A DNA stretch of 64,000 nucleotides, taken from contig DASPSR010000019.1 of NCBI GenBank assembly GCA_035623825.1, positions 1-64,000 on the forward strand, given 5' to 3'. The position numbers and the translations under genes were made by a program. Below the pieces are notes generated by a model that saw only the letters and a list, made by a program, of their open reading frames with translations, was not told where the DNA came from and did no database searches. The stretch is from Nitrospirota bacterium. GTDB taxonomy: Bacteria > Nitrospirota > UBA9217. This document shows positions 39,559 through 48,500 of the stretch, piece by piece. Positions within the stretch are counted from its first letter, which is position 1; each line of letters opens with the position of its first letter.

Positions 39559-40809
39559 GTGGAAGTACAGAGTACAGAAGAAACCTATATTCAATCCCTT
39601 TTCGCAGAGCGTATTGGCGGCAAGATGTTCGGCAAGACGCGTGGAGAGTACAAGTTCGAAAAGATTAAGCGTGCAAAGCGCGCGGCGCTCGCAGCACATC
39701 CGGGTATGGAACTCATCGACTTCGGGGTAGGCGAGCCAGACGAGATGGCGTTCCCTGGCGTAGTCCAGACGCTCCAGAGAGAAGCGGTAAAACCGGAGAA
39801 CCGAGGATACGCGGACAACGGGATCCAGGAGTTCAAGGACGCCGCAGCCCGATACCTTCAGAACGTTTACGGCGTAAACGGCATCAACCCCGTAACCGAG
39901 GTGCTCCATGGCATCGGGAGCAAGCCGGTGCTTGCCATGCTTCCCTTGGCCTTCATCAACCCGGGGGACGTGACGCTCATGACGGTGCCGGGATATCCTG
40001 TCTTGGGGACGCACACCTGCTGGTACGGTGGCACGGTGGTGAACCTCCCCCTCCTTGAAAAGAACGGGTTCCTGCCGGACCTCGATTCCATCCCTGTCAA
40101 TGTGAGGAAAAAAGCAAAGCTCTTATACATCAACTATCCGAACAACCCGACCGGGGCAGGCGCGAGCAGGGATTTTTTTGAGCAGGTGGTCCGTTTCGCG
40201 AAGAAAAATGGCATTATCGTAGTGCACGATGCTGCCTATGCCGCACTCTCTTATGGGGCTAAGCCGCTCTCATTCCTTTCCGTCAATGGGGCAAAGGATG
40301 TCGGCGTCGAGATACATTCACTTTCAAAGGCTTACAATATGACCGGGTGGCGCCTTGCCTTTGTAGCAGGGAATGAACGTGTGATCGCAGGCTACGGGAA
40401 CGTGAAAGACAACTGTGATTCCGGCCAGTTCAAGGCAATCCAGAAAGCCGGTGTGCATGCGCTCGACCATCCCGAGATTACCGGCGAGATTCTGGCTAAG
40501 TATGAACGTCGGTTGCGGTCAATGGTGGAAGCACTTGCAGAGTTGGGATTCTCGGCGAAGATGCCCGCCGGTACCTTCTATCTGTATGTGAAGATGCCTA
40601 AGGGGATCAGGCAAGGCAAGAGGTTTGTGAGCGCCGAAGAGTTTTCCGAATTCCTTATAACCGAAAAACTTATCAGCACGGTACCCTGGGACGATGCGGG
40701 CCCGTACGTCCGGTTCTCTGCCACTTTCGAGACGAAAGGGATGGTAGATGAACAGCGGGTGATCGAGGAGTTCAAGAAGCGGATGGGCGGTCTGCAGTTC
40801 GAGTTTTAA
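39559..40809 (+). CDS. dapL: LL-diaminopimelate aminotransferase
   Basis: Class I/II PLP motifs (INYPNNPTG, HDAAY, HSLSKAYNMTGWR), family N-terminus FAERIGG..FG...YKFEKIKRAKR, and location inside the dap cluster. Confidence 0.85.
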   Translation: MEVQSTEETYIQSLFAERIGGKMFGKTRGEYKFEKIKRAKRAALAAHPGMELIDFGVGEPDEMAFPGVVQTLQREAVKPENRGYADNGIQEFKDAAARYLQNVYGVNGINPVTEVLHGIGSKPVLAMLPLAFINPGDVTLMTVPGYPVLGTHTCWYGGTVVNLPLLEKNGFLPDLDSIPVNVRKKAKLLYINYPNNPTGAGASRDFFEQVVRFAKKNGIIVVHDAAYAALSYGAKPLSFLSVNGAKDVGVEIHSLSKAYNMTGWRLAFVAGNERVIAGYGNVKDNCDSGQFKAIQKAGVHALDHPEITGEILAKYERRLRSMVEALAELGFSAKMPAGTFYLYVKMPKGIRQGKRFVSAEEFSEFLITEKLISTVPWDDAGPYVRFSATFETKGMVDEQRVIEEFKKRMGGLQFEF

Positions 40810-40835
40810 AATGCCGTGAGTATTTGACTGCGATG

Positions 40836-40980
40836 TGACGAGGGCACGAAGACATGACCGTTTTTCGACAGTCAGCGAGTAGAGCAGCAAGCACGAAAGA
40901 TGCAAGGCGCTGACAAAAAAAGATTCCGCAACCATGGCCGCACGACGGTGTTTTCCGTTTGTGTATTCGTGTCTTAATGA
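40836..40980 (+). repeat. Degenerate 8-nt tandem array with a complementary array
   Basis: GACGAGGG CACGAAGA CATGA ... TTTGTGTA TTCGTGTC TTAATGA; GGCACGAA can pair with TTCGTGTC. Confidence 0.55.
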
Positions 40981-40998
40981 CAGATTTAGGTGTTTCTT

Positions 40999-41499
40999 AT
41001 GCCAACTATCGCATACATCGGGATAGGCTCTAACATGGGCGATAGGGAAGCCAATTGCATGAAGGCAATCGAACTGCTCTCTGAGGCAGGGAGGGTCGTC
41101 AGCGTTTCCTCCCTGTACTGCTCAGAGCCGGTGGGATATCAGGAACAGGAAGATTTCATCAACGCTGTTGTCTCCCTCGAGACCGATCTTTCAGCGAGGG
41201 GACTGCTGAATGCCTGTCACGCCATTGAGGCCCGTCTGGGACGCAGACGTACCGTGCGGTGGGGACCGCGCACCATTGATCTCGATATTCTGCTGTACGG
41301 AGATTTGATGATAAACGAGTCGGACATCGTTATTCCCCACCCGTTGATGGTGGCAAGAAGGTTTGTGCTTGCACCGCTTGCCGAGATCGCCCCCGATGTG
41401 TTGCACCCCGTCCTGTGTAAAACGGCTGCACAGCTGCTCCGCGAACTAAAAGACGCCTACTCGGTCATGAAATACAAGCCGGACCACAAATCACCATGA
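40999..41499 (+). CDS. folK: 2-amino-4-hydroxy-6-hydroxymethyldihydropteridine diphosphokinase
   Basis: YIGIGSNMGDR, FINAV, RWGPRTIDLDIL, IPHP and RRFVLAPL. Confidence 0.97.
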   Translation: MPTIAYIGIGSNMGDREANCMKAIELLSEAGRVVSVSSLYCSEPVGYQEQEDFINAVVSLETDLSARGLLNACHAIEARLGRRRTVRWGPRTIDLDILLYGDLMINESDIVIPHPLMVARRFVLAPLAEIAPDVLHPVLCKTAAQLLRELKDAYSVMKYKPDHKSP

Positions 41500-42161
41500 A
41501 CCGGAGACCAATCTTGCGCCATACCCAATACATCGTAACCGAAGGACCGATCGGCGTGGGAAAGACGAGCTTCACCAGCCTGCTCGCCGAGGATCTGGGC
41601 GCCCGCCTCATACTTGAGCGCGCGGAAGACAATCCCTTCCTCACTGATTTTTACAAGGACCCTCCCCGATACCGTTTCCAAACCCAGACCTTCTTCCTCC
41701 TGAACCGCTTTGCTCAGCAGGAAGAGATGCTTCAGCCCGATCTGTTCACGCGGATTACGATAAGCGACTATCTGTTCGCCAAGGACCGGATATTCGCCTA
41801 CCTCAACCTCGATGAGCATGAACTCGCACTCTACGAGCAGATCTATAAACTGCTTGAACCCAGGATCGTGAAGCCGGACCTCGTTATCTTCCTGCAGGCT
41901 GACACGGACACCCTCCTCCGACGCATCAGGCAGCGCGGCAGATCCTTCGAAAAGGACATAGATCGAGCCTACATCGCGGCGGTGAACGAGGCATACAATC
42001 AGTACTTCTTCCACTACTCTGAAACTCCGCTCCTTGTCATCAATACCTCGGATATTGATTTCGTAAACCGCAGAGAGGACCTCGATGACATCCTCAAACA
42101 GGTCCTCAACATGAAGCAAGGCATTCAGTACTATGTGCCGACATCACGGGCGAAAAAATGA
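41496..42161 (+). CDS. Deoxynucleoside kinase family protein
   Basis: EGPIGVGKT P-loop, NPFL..FY, PDLVIFLQA and RIRQRGRSFE; typical neighbour of folK. Confidence 0.93.
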   Translation: MNRRPILRHTQYIVTEGPIGVGKTSFTSLLAEDLGARLILERAEDNPFLTDFYKDPPRYRFQTQTFFLLNRFAQQEEMLQPDLFTRITISDYLFAKDRIFAYLNLDEHELALYEQIYKLLEPRIVKPDLVIFLQADTDTLLRRIRQRGRSFEKDIDRAYIAAVNEAYNQYFFHYSETPLLVINTSDIDFVNRREDLDDILKQVLNMKQGIQYYVPTSRAKK

Positions 42162-42212
42162 GGTCGGCACGGGAAAAATTCCCGGGACGGAAAGGAAGTC
42201 AAAGATAGCAAT

Positions 42213-43055
42213 ATGAAAACAATCACCTCTCTGTCTGACATGCGTTCCCTAGCGGCCTCGATGCGTAGAGAGGGGAAGACGATCGGCTTCGTGCCGACTA
42301 TGGGGTTCCTGCACGATGGGCATCTCTCTCTTATCCGCCGGGCGCGGGTGGAGTCCGACATTGTCGTTGTGAGCATTTTCGTGAACTCGCTCCAGTTCGA
42401 ACCGGACGAGGATTTCGGACGCTATCCCCGCGATGCCGAGGGCGACGGGAAGAAGTGCGAGTCTTCTGGTGTCGATATCATATTCATGCCCGCAGCCGAG
42501 GAGATGTATCCTGAAAAGCCTACGGTATTCATCGTGGTCGAGGGGCTATCGGACATCCTCGAAGGAGCTGTCCGGCCGGGCCACTTCCGCGGCGTAGCAA
42601 CGGTCGTGGCCAAGCTCTTCAGCATCGTGCAGCCGCACAAGGCCTATTTCGGACAGAAAGATTTCCAGCAATGCATCGTCATCAAGCGGATGGTGAAGGG
42701 ACTGAATATGGATGTGGAGGTCGTTGTCCTTCCGATTATGCGAGAAGAGGGGGGCCTGGCCATGAGTTCGAGGAACAGTTATCTTAGCGCCGATGAGCGG
42801 CGGGCAGCAACAGTGATTTATCGGGCGCTCAGTGCAGCACGCGACCTCTTCAACTCAGGAGCAAAGGACCCGAAAAAGCTAAAGGAGAAAATGCGGGCCG
42901 TACTTCTTATGGAGCACGGTGTGAGTATCGACTATGTCGAGGTCTCGGATCCGGAAACTTTGGAGCCGCTCCATGCGGCGGGTGGCAATATGGTATTGCT
43001 TGTGGCGGCACGAATCAGAAAGACTCGATTGATCGACAATATTATCATCCCCTAA
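42213..43055 (+). CDS. panC: Pantoate--beta-alanine ligase
   Basis: VPTMGFLHDGH, RPGHFRGV, FGQKDFQQ, GLAMSSRN and RLIDN. Confidence 0.97.
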   Translation: MKTITSLSDMRSLAASMRREGKTIGFVPTMGFLHDGHLSLIRRARVESDIVVVSIFVNSLQFEPDEDFGRYPRDAEGDGKKCESSGVDIIFMPAAEEMYPEKPTVFIVVEGLSDILEGAVRPGHFRGVATVVAKLFSIVQPHKAYFGQKDFQQCIVIKRMVKGLNMDVEVVVLPIMREEGGLAMSSRNSYLSADERRAATVIYRALSAARDLFNSGAKDPKKLKEKMRAVLLMEHGVSIDYVEVSDPETLEPLHAAGGNMVLLVAARIRKTRLIDNIIIP

Positions 43056-43094
43056 CGACAATGCCAGAGTGGCTGCTGTCCGCCCTGTCCTAGG

Positions 43095-44600
43095 TCAGAC
43101 CATAAGTATTTCGTACTGCTCCTGGTGTAGGTTCGGGTCGGCCTTGATCACGATCTTCTTCTGAAACTCCTTTTCCAGCTCTTCCACTCCCTGCCGTTCT
43201 TCGTCATACATCATGTCCGCCACTACAGAGTTCACTGTAACAAGCGCTTTCTTCTCTTCGGCACCGGCGAACGCCCTCCGGATGTCCCGGAACACCTCAT
43301 AGCAGATGGTGCGGGACGACTTCACGTAACCGCGGCCGTCACAATAGGGGCAGGGCTCGCAGAGAGTGCGGCCGAGGCTTTCACGGATCCGTTTACGCGT
43401 CATCTCGATGAGGCCGATCGGTGAGATGTGCGAGATGGTGGTCTTCGCCTTGTCGTTCGACAGCGCCTCCTGGAGAGCCGAGTATACTTTGCGGCGGTTA
43501 TCCTCTCGCTCCATATCAATGAAGTCGAGTATGATGATGCCGCCGATGTTCCTGAGCCTGAGCTGGTACGCGATCTCGCGAACGGCCTCTAGATTGGTCT
43601 TGAGGATGGTATCCTCCAGGGATCGCTTGCCCACGTATCGACCGGTATTCACGTCGATCGTGGTGAGCGCTTCAGTCTGGTCAATGATGATATAGCCCCC
43701 GGATTTAAGCCAGACTTTTCTGCCGAGAGCACGGGAAATTTCGATTTCCACTCCATAGTGTTCGAATATGGGCTCGTCACCGTCGTATGGTTTCACACGT
43801 CTGCTGAGCGGTGGAATGTAGGAATCGACAAACTCCTTGACCCGCTGATATTCGTCAGGCGAGTCGATCACCATTTTATCCACGTCCCGCGTAAAGACAT
43901 CGCGGATCACGCGGAAAACGAGGTCAAGCTCGTTATGGAGCAGTGCAGGCGCGGATGCCTTCTCTTTCTTTCTCAGGACGTTCTCCCACAGTCGAGCGAG
44001 GAATTCGATGTCTGCGGTGAACTCCTCCTCGCTTCTGCCCTGACTGGCGGTCCTGATGATGTATCCCGTGTTCGGCTTGCGCAGACGTTCCACAATCTCG
44101 CGAAGCCTCTTTCGTTCCTCGCCGTTCTCGATTCGACGCGATACACCAATATGGTTGACTCCCGGCATCATGACGAGGTAGCGTCCAGGTATGCTGATGT
44201 AGGTGGTCACGCGCGCACCCTTGGTACTGATCGGCTCTTTAGAAACCTGGACCAGGATCTCCTGGCCTTCCTGCAGAAGGTCCTCTATCTGATTGGAATA
44301 GGAGCGCTTCCTCTTGGGTTCAACCTCGAGTTCAAGGCCCTCATCATCCATCATGGGAGTGTACTCGGATGTGCTGTCGAACACGTCCCCTACATAGAGG
44401 AAGGCCGACTTATCCAGTCCGATGTCCACGAAGGCTGCCTGCATTCCAGGGAGGACCTTCATGACTCGTCCTTTATAGACATTACCGGCAATACCGCGAT
44501 CCTTCTTGCGGTCGATATAGATTTCAGTCACCAGGCCGTTTTCAAGAAGGCCCACACGAGTTTCCTCCCGGCCGGCGTTTACGATGATCTCAATTGACAT
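43095..44600 (-). CDS. rng: Ribonuclease E/G family (RNase G-sized)
   Basis: S1 domain GNVYKGRV..VLPGMQAAFVDIG, KGARVT, IDVNTG, LRLRNIGG..ILDFIDM and CPYCDGRG. Confidence 0.95.
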   Translation of the reverse strand: MSIEIIVNAGREETRVGLLENGLVTEIYIDRKKDRGIAGNVYKGRVMKVLPGMQAAFVDIGLDKSAFLYVGDVFDSTSEYTPMMDDEGLELEVEPKRKRSYSNQIEDLLQEGQEILVQVSKEPISTKGARVTTYISIPGRYLVMMPGVNHIGVSRRIENGEERKRLREIVERLRKPNTGYIIRTASQGRSEEEFTADIEFLARLWENVLRKKEKASAPALLHNELDLVFRVIRDVFTRDVDKMVIDSPDEYQRVKEFVDSYIPPLSRRVKPYDGDEPIFEHYGVEIEISRALGRKVWLKSGGYIIIDQTEALTTIDVNTGRYVGKRSLEDTILKTNLEAVREIAYQLRLRNIGGIIILDFIDMEREDNRRKVYSALQEALSNDKAKTTISHISPIGLIEMTRKRIRESLGRTLCEPCPYCDGRGYVKSSRTICYEVFRDIRRAFAGAEEKKALVTVNSVVADMMYDEERQGVEELEKEFQKKIVIKADPNLHQEQYEILMV

Positions 44601-44716
44601 GATCTTCCTCAATGATTTTATGTATATAGTTTATTTTATAATAGTACAGAATTTATTACAAGGATTAAAAAAAACATATCCCGAGAATGGCCGAGGATGA
44701 TGCTCTCATAAATGCC

Positions 44717-44764
44717 TTGACAGGCTAATTTCCGCAGAGTGATAATTTTGGCATTAAATTTGCT
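44717..44764 (+). promoter_or_regulatory. Adjacent sigma70-like and sigma54 (-24/-12) promoters for the diguanylate cyclase
   Basis: TTGACA (44717), 18 bp spacer, GATAAT; TTGGCATTAAATTTGCT (44748-44764) has the exact GG-N10-GC spacing. Confidence 0.6.
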
Positions 44765-44789
44765 CTTAATAATTTAGAAAGGATATGAT

Positions 44790-45911
44790 ATGCTCATTAA
44801 GACCCAAAAAGTCATGAAAGAAGCCGCATCAGTCTTGAAACTGGGCTACAAGATGGCCCGCGGTATTGATTACAAGACATTGAGCGATTATATCCTGAAG
44901 ATCAACAAGTACAAGAACATTGATGATATGCTCTATGAGGCATCAAAGTGCTTGAAAGATATACTTGATTTAGAGTTGTTTGGATTCGTCCTGAAAAAAG
45001 ATGCCGCCATGGATGTATGGCTGAGGCCTCGAGCACATACGTCCCTGTTTATCAACGCACTGAGTCGAGAATTTAATGGTCAAAATATTGTCTATACTGT
45101 ACATCGATTCGAAGAAGAAACCCCGGAAAGATGTCATAATAATGACATGTTTGATTTTGATAACGTTATTTCGTATAGGGTAATCGAGAACGATTTTATT
45201 TCAAGGCTTTACATATTGCCAAAGAGGAAAATGCTTGATTATCACGATTCCGTTGTTGGTACGATAATCAGCTCTATCAGCATAGCGCTGGAAAAAATCT
45301 TAAGCATAAAGCAGCTTGAAAATGCGGCAACGATTGATCCATTGACGACTTGCTATAACCGGAGAGCCTTGGACAGCTTCATAGCAAGCGATATTTTCTA
45401 TGCCCAGCGATACGGCACCGATCTCTCGGTCATCATGATAGATATAGATGATTTTAAATCGATAAATGATCTGTATGGGCACCACGCAGGAGATGCCGTC
45501 TTAAAAGATATATGCACTCTGCTGCCCTCGCTAGTAAGAAAATCTGACTACCTCGCGCGGTACGGGGGAGAGGAGTTTGTGCTGGTTCTTCCCGATACGA
45601 CGTTGTACAGTGCTGTACACTTGGCGGAAAAGCTCAGGAGCAAGATCGAAACGCACAATATCGATCTCGGCGGCAGACGCATCAAAATAACAGCGAGCTT
45701 CGGCGTTGCTAGTCTCGAAAACAAGCCGGACGGAAGCAGCCTCTTGCGGGAGGCCGACGAAAAGCTATATAAAGCCAAAGCAACTGGAAAAAACTGCGTC
45801 GTTCCGAGTCGGCTGCCCTGTATCACCGATGCAACATTTGCACTTAAGGAATCCACGAAAAATTCGCAAATGCAAATTGGGAATCATAGCACTGAAGAAA
45901 TCTTCGCGTAG
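44790..45911 (+). CDS. Diguanylate cyclase (GGDEF) with an uncharacterised N-terminal domain
   Basis: DPLT..YNRR, DIDDFK.IND.YGH.AGD, I-site RKSD, A-site GGEEF, ITASFGV and AD..LY.AK..GKN. Confidence 0.95.
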   Translation: MLIKTQKVMKEAASVLKLGYKMARGIDYKTLSDYILKINKYKNIDDMLYEASKCLKDILDLELFGFVLKKDAAMDVWLRPRAHTSLFINALSREFNGQNIVYTVHRFEEETPERCHNNDMFDFDNVISYRVIENDFISRLYILPKRKMLDYHDSVVGTIISSISIALEKILSIKQLENAATIDPLTTCYNRRALDSFIASDIFYAQRYGTDLSVIMIDIDDFKSINDLYGHHAGDAVLKDICTLLPSLVRKSDYLARYGGEEFVLVLPDTTLYSAVHLAEKLRSKIETHNIDLGGRRIKITASFGVASLENKPDGSSLLREADEKLYKAKATGKNCVVPSRLPCITDATFALKESTKNSQMQIGNHSTEEIFA

Positions 45912-45916
45912 TGCTG

Positions 45917-48418
45917 CTAAATGTCAAGAGGGTCCTTCCACGTTCCCCCGCTGCTGTAATACATGCCGGTCCGCTTGATCTCGAACAGTACCGAACGGTC
46001 TGTGTTTATGGCAAACAACCGCTCGATCACGTCCTGCACGCGCGGTCTGAGTTGGTTCTTGTCCTGAAGGATGATCGTAAGTCCGGTCGTGTTGCTGGCT
46101 CGTGTTGTCGTAAGTGATTCGATTCCCGGGAGGATGTCCTTCTGCGCCGCTTCCTTTGCCGCAGTCACCTCGGATCGGGACAGGAAATCTCGAACTCTGC
46201 GTTCAATATCACCAGCATATGCAACTGGGACCGCCACTTCATATTTATACCTGTTGATGCTTCCGGAAAGGGATGGAGCTTTTGTAGGAATGACGCGCGC
46301 CGCGAGAATCTGCATTCCAGAGGGCAGGGCGGCGTTCAGATCTTTAATGATCTTCAAAAGATCGATGAACGCATCTGTTTCCATGTCCAGGTACTCTGCT
46401 TCACTCTCGATGCCCACGGAGAGCGCTGGACCGAAGGCTATCTTAGGATGCGGGTTAAATCCACAAGTGAACGAGACAGGTATTCCCGATCGTAGGGCGG
46501 CCCGGTGAAAAAGCGTCATGAGGTCGAGGTGTGAAAGGTAACGGAGCCGGCCGGTCTTCGTGAACTTGATCCTGATCCGCGTCGTGATGTCCGGCTGGCC
46601 CGATTGCTTTTTCAGCGTGGCCGGCGAGATCACCTCTTCGGTATCTGCTTCAACAGCTTGAACGGTCGGTATCCCGAGAGATAATGTCCCGCCGTCCTTG
46701 CACCCGATGCCGCACTGCTCACACGAAACCCGGCAGTTCTCGGTTATTTCCGCTGCTACCGCACGATCGTATTCCCGTTTGAGGAAACCCTTTGTCACAC
46801 CGGATTTGACGTAATCCCATGGAAGCACATCATCCAGTCCGAGTGTGCGACACGCGTACGCTGCGGGTTGCATGCCGCATGCGAGGAAAGCCTCTTGCCA
46901 TTTTGCGAATGAAAAACATTCCGACCAACCGTCGAAACGACAGTCGCGCTGTACAGCCTCAGCGATGACCTTGCCGATATTTCTGTCGCCTCGCGCAAAT
47001 GCACCTTCGAGCAGGCTCATATCAGGATCATGAGGTTTAAAAGAGATCCCCCTTCTTTTCATCTTGTTCTCCAGGTAGGCATGCTTTGCCCTGATATCCT
47101 CTCGTGTTGCCTGTCCGAACCACTGAAACGGAGTATGAGGTTTCGGTACGAAGGTTGAGACGCTGATATTGATCTGCACGTGTCGCTTGGCGACCTGCTT
47201 GCCCAGAGCAAGAAGGTTGTGAGCTATCCTGATGATGCCGTCCAGATCCGCTTCCGTCTCCGTAGGGAGCCCGATCATAAAATAAAGCTTTAGCACGTTC
47301 CAACCGTTCGCGAAGATGTTCTCTGCAGCTTCCATCAAATCAGTATCGGTCACTGGCTTGTTGATTACGCGGCGAAGGCGTTCGGTGCCTGCCTCGGGCG
47401 CAAGGGTGAAACCGGTCTTGCGCACGCCTGCAACTGCCCGGATCATCTCGGGCGTGAGTGTGCCGATACGGAGTGAAGGGAGCGAGATGGAGATGCGGCT
47501 TTGCCGGTAGCGGCTGACGAGGTCCTTGACGAGCGGCTGGATATCAGAATGGTCGCCAGAGCTCAACGATGCGAGCGAGAGTTCGTCATATCCCGTGCAG
47601 GACAGTGATGTGTGGAGCATCGCTTTGACACGCCCGGCACTCCGCTCTCGATAGGGCCGGTAGATGATCCCTGCTTGGCAGAAACGGCAGCCGCGTATGC
47701 AGCCGCGCGCAATCTCAATTGTGGCCCGATCGTGGACTGGCCGCATGAGCGGCAGAATTGGTGTCTCGGGAAAGGCTGCAGATTCCAAGTCCCGGACAAC
47801 TCTTCTCCGAACGGGCTTATTACCAAGGCTGGGCACGTAGAACCCTTCTCGCCGCGCTAGTGCGTTGAGGTATTCTTCCCTGGTCCCGTGCCTCTGACGA
47901 AGCTCCACAATATCATGAATTGATTCTTCCGCTTCACCGATGAAGAATGCATCGATAAAATCGGATAGGGGCTCAGGGTTGACGGCGCAGGGGCCGCCTG
48001 CTATGATCACCGGGTGGCCGTCCGCACGCTCTGATGAGCGCAGCGGGATTCGGGCGAGGCCCAGTCCTGCTAGGATGTTGGTGTACGACAGTTCATACTG
48101 GAGCGTGATCCCGATAATATCGAACTGGTTGAGAGGAAGGTTGGACTCAAGGCTCTTGAGCGGTCTCCCGGAAGACATCAGATGTTGCTCATAATCAATC
48201 CAAGGAGAGAACACCCGCTCGCATGCCGTGTCTTCCCTGCCATTCAGGACGTGGTAGAGTATCCGGAGCCCAAGGTGTGACATCCCCACCTCATAAGTGT
48301 CCGGGAAAAAAAGGCAAACCCTGGTTCGTACCTTGGAGAGATCTTTATGAACGCTGTTGACCTCAGTGTTGATATATCGCGCTGGTTTCGTGACCAACGG
48401 CAGAAAATCTTCGAGCAT
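45917..48418 (-). CDS. B12-binding-type radical SAM protein (TIGR03960-like) fused to a DUF2344 (TIGR03936-like) domain
   Basis: FPDTYEVGMSHLG, RGCIRGCRFCQAG, SLPSLR, FTLAPEAG, LYFMIGLP and FVPKPHTPFQW; C-terminal RYLSHLDL...GFNPHPKI.FG.AL.VG.ES. Confidence 0.92.
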   Translation of the reverse strand: MLEDFLPLVTKPARYINTEVNSVHKDLSKVRTRVCLFFPDTYEVGMSHLGLRILYHVLNGREDTACERVFSPWIDYEQHLMSSGRPLKSLESNLPLNQFDIIGITLQYELSYTNILAGLGLARIPLRSSERADGHPVIIAGGPCAVNPEPLSDFIDAFFIGEAEESIHDIVELRQRHGTREEYLNALARREGFYVPSLGNKPVRRRVVRDLESAAFPETPILPLMRPVHDRATIEIARGCIRGCRFCQAGIIYRPYRERSAGRVKAMLHTSLSCTGYDELSLASLSSGDHSDIQPLVKDLVSRYRQSRISISLPSLRIGTLTPEMIRAVAGVRKTGFTLAPEAGTERLRRVINKPVTDTDLMEAAENIFANGWNVLKLYFMIGLPTETEADLDGIIRIAHNLLALGKQVAKRHVQINISVSTFVPKPHTPFQWFGQATREDIRAKHAYLENKMKRRGISFKPHDPDMSLLEGAFARGDRNIGKVIAEAVQRDCRFDGWSECFSFAKWQEAFLACGMQPAAYACRTLGLDDVLPWDYVKSGVTKGFLKREYDRAVAAEITENCRVSCEQCGIGCKDGGTLSLGIPTVQAVEADTEEVISPATLKKQSGQPDITTRIRIKFTKTGRLRYLSHLDLMTLFHRAALRSGIPVSFTCGFNPHPKIAFGPALSVGIESEAEYLDMETDAFIDLLKIIKDLNAALPSGMQILAARVIPTKAPSLSGSINRYKYEVAVPVAYAGDIERRVRDFLSRSEVTAAKEAAQKDILPGIESLTTTRASNTTGLTIILQDKNQLRPRVQDVIERLFAINTDRSVLFEIKRTGMYYSSGGTWKDPLDI

Positions 48419-48432
48419 GGAACTCCTTCGCA

Positions 48433-48485
48433 CAGGTCAAGGGCTCGGTCCAGGTCAGGGAACTGTGGGAAAATGGAAAAAAATG
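48433..48485 (-). repeat. Degenerate hexamer and octamer arrays between rodA and the radical SAM gene
   Basis: Plus strand AGGTCA AGGGCT CGGTCC AGGTCA, then TGGGAAAA TGGAAAAA. Confidence 0.45.
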
Positions 48486-48500
48486 ATTCAGGGTCTGATA

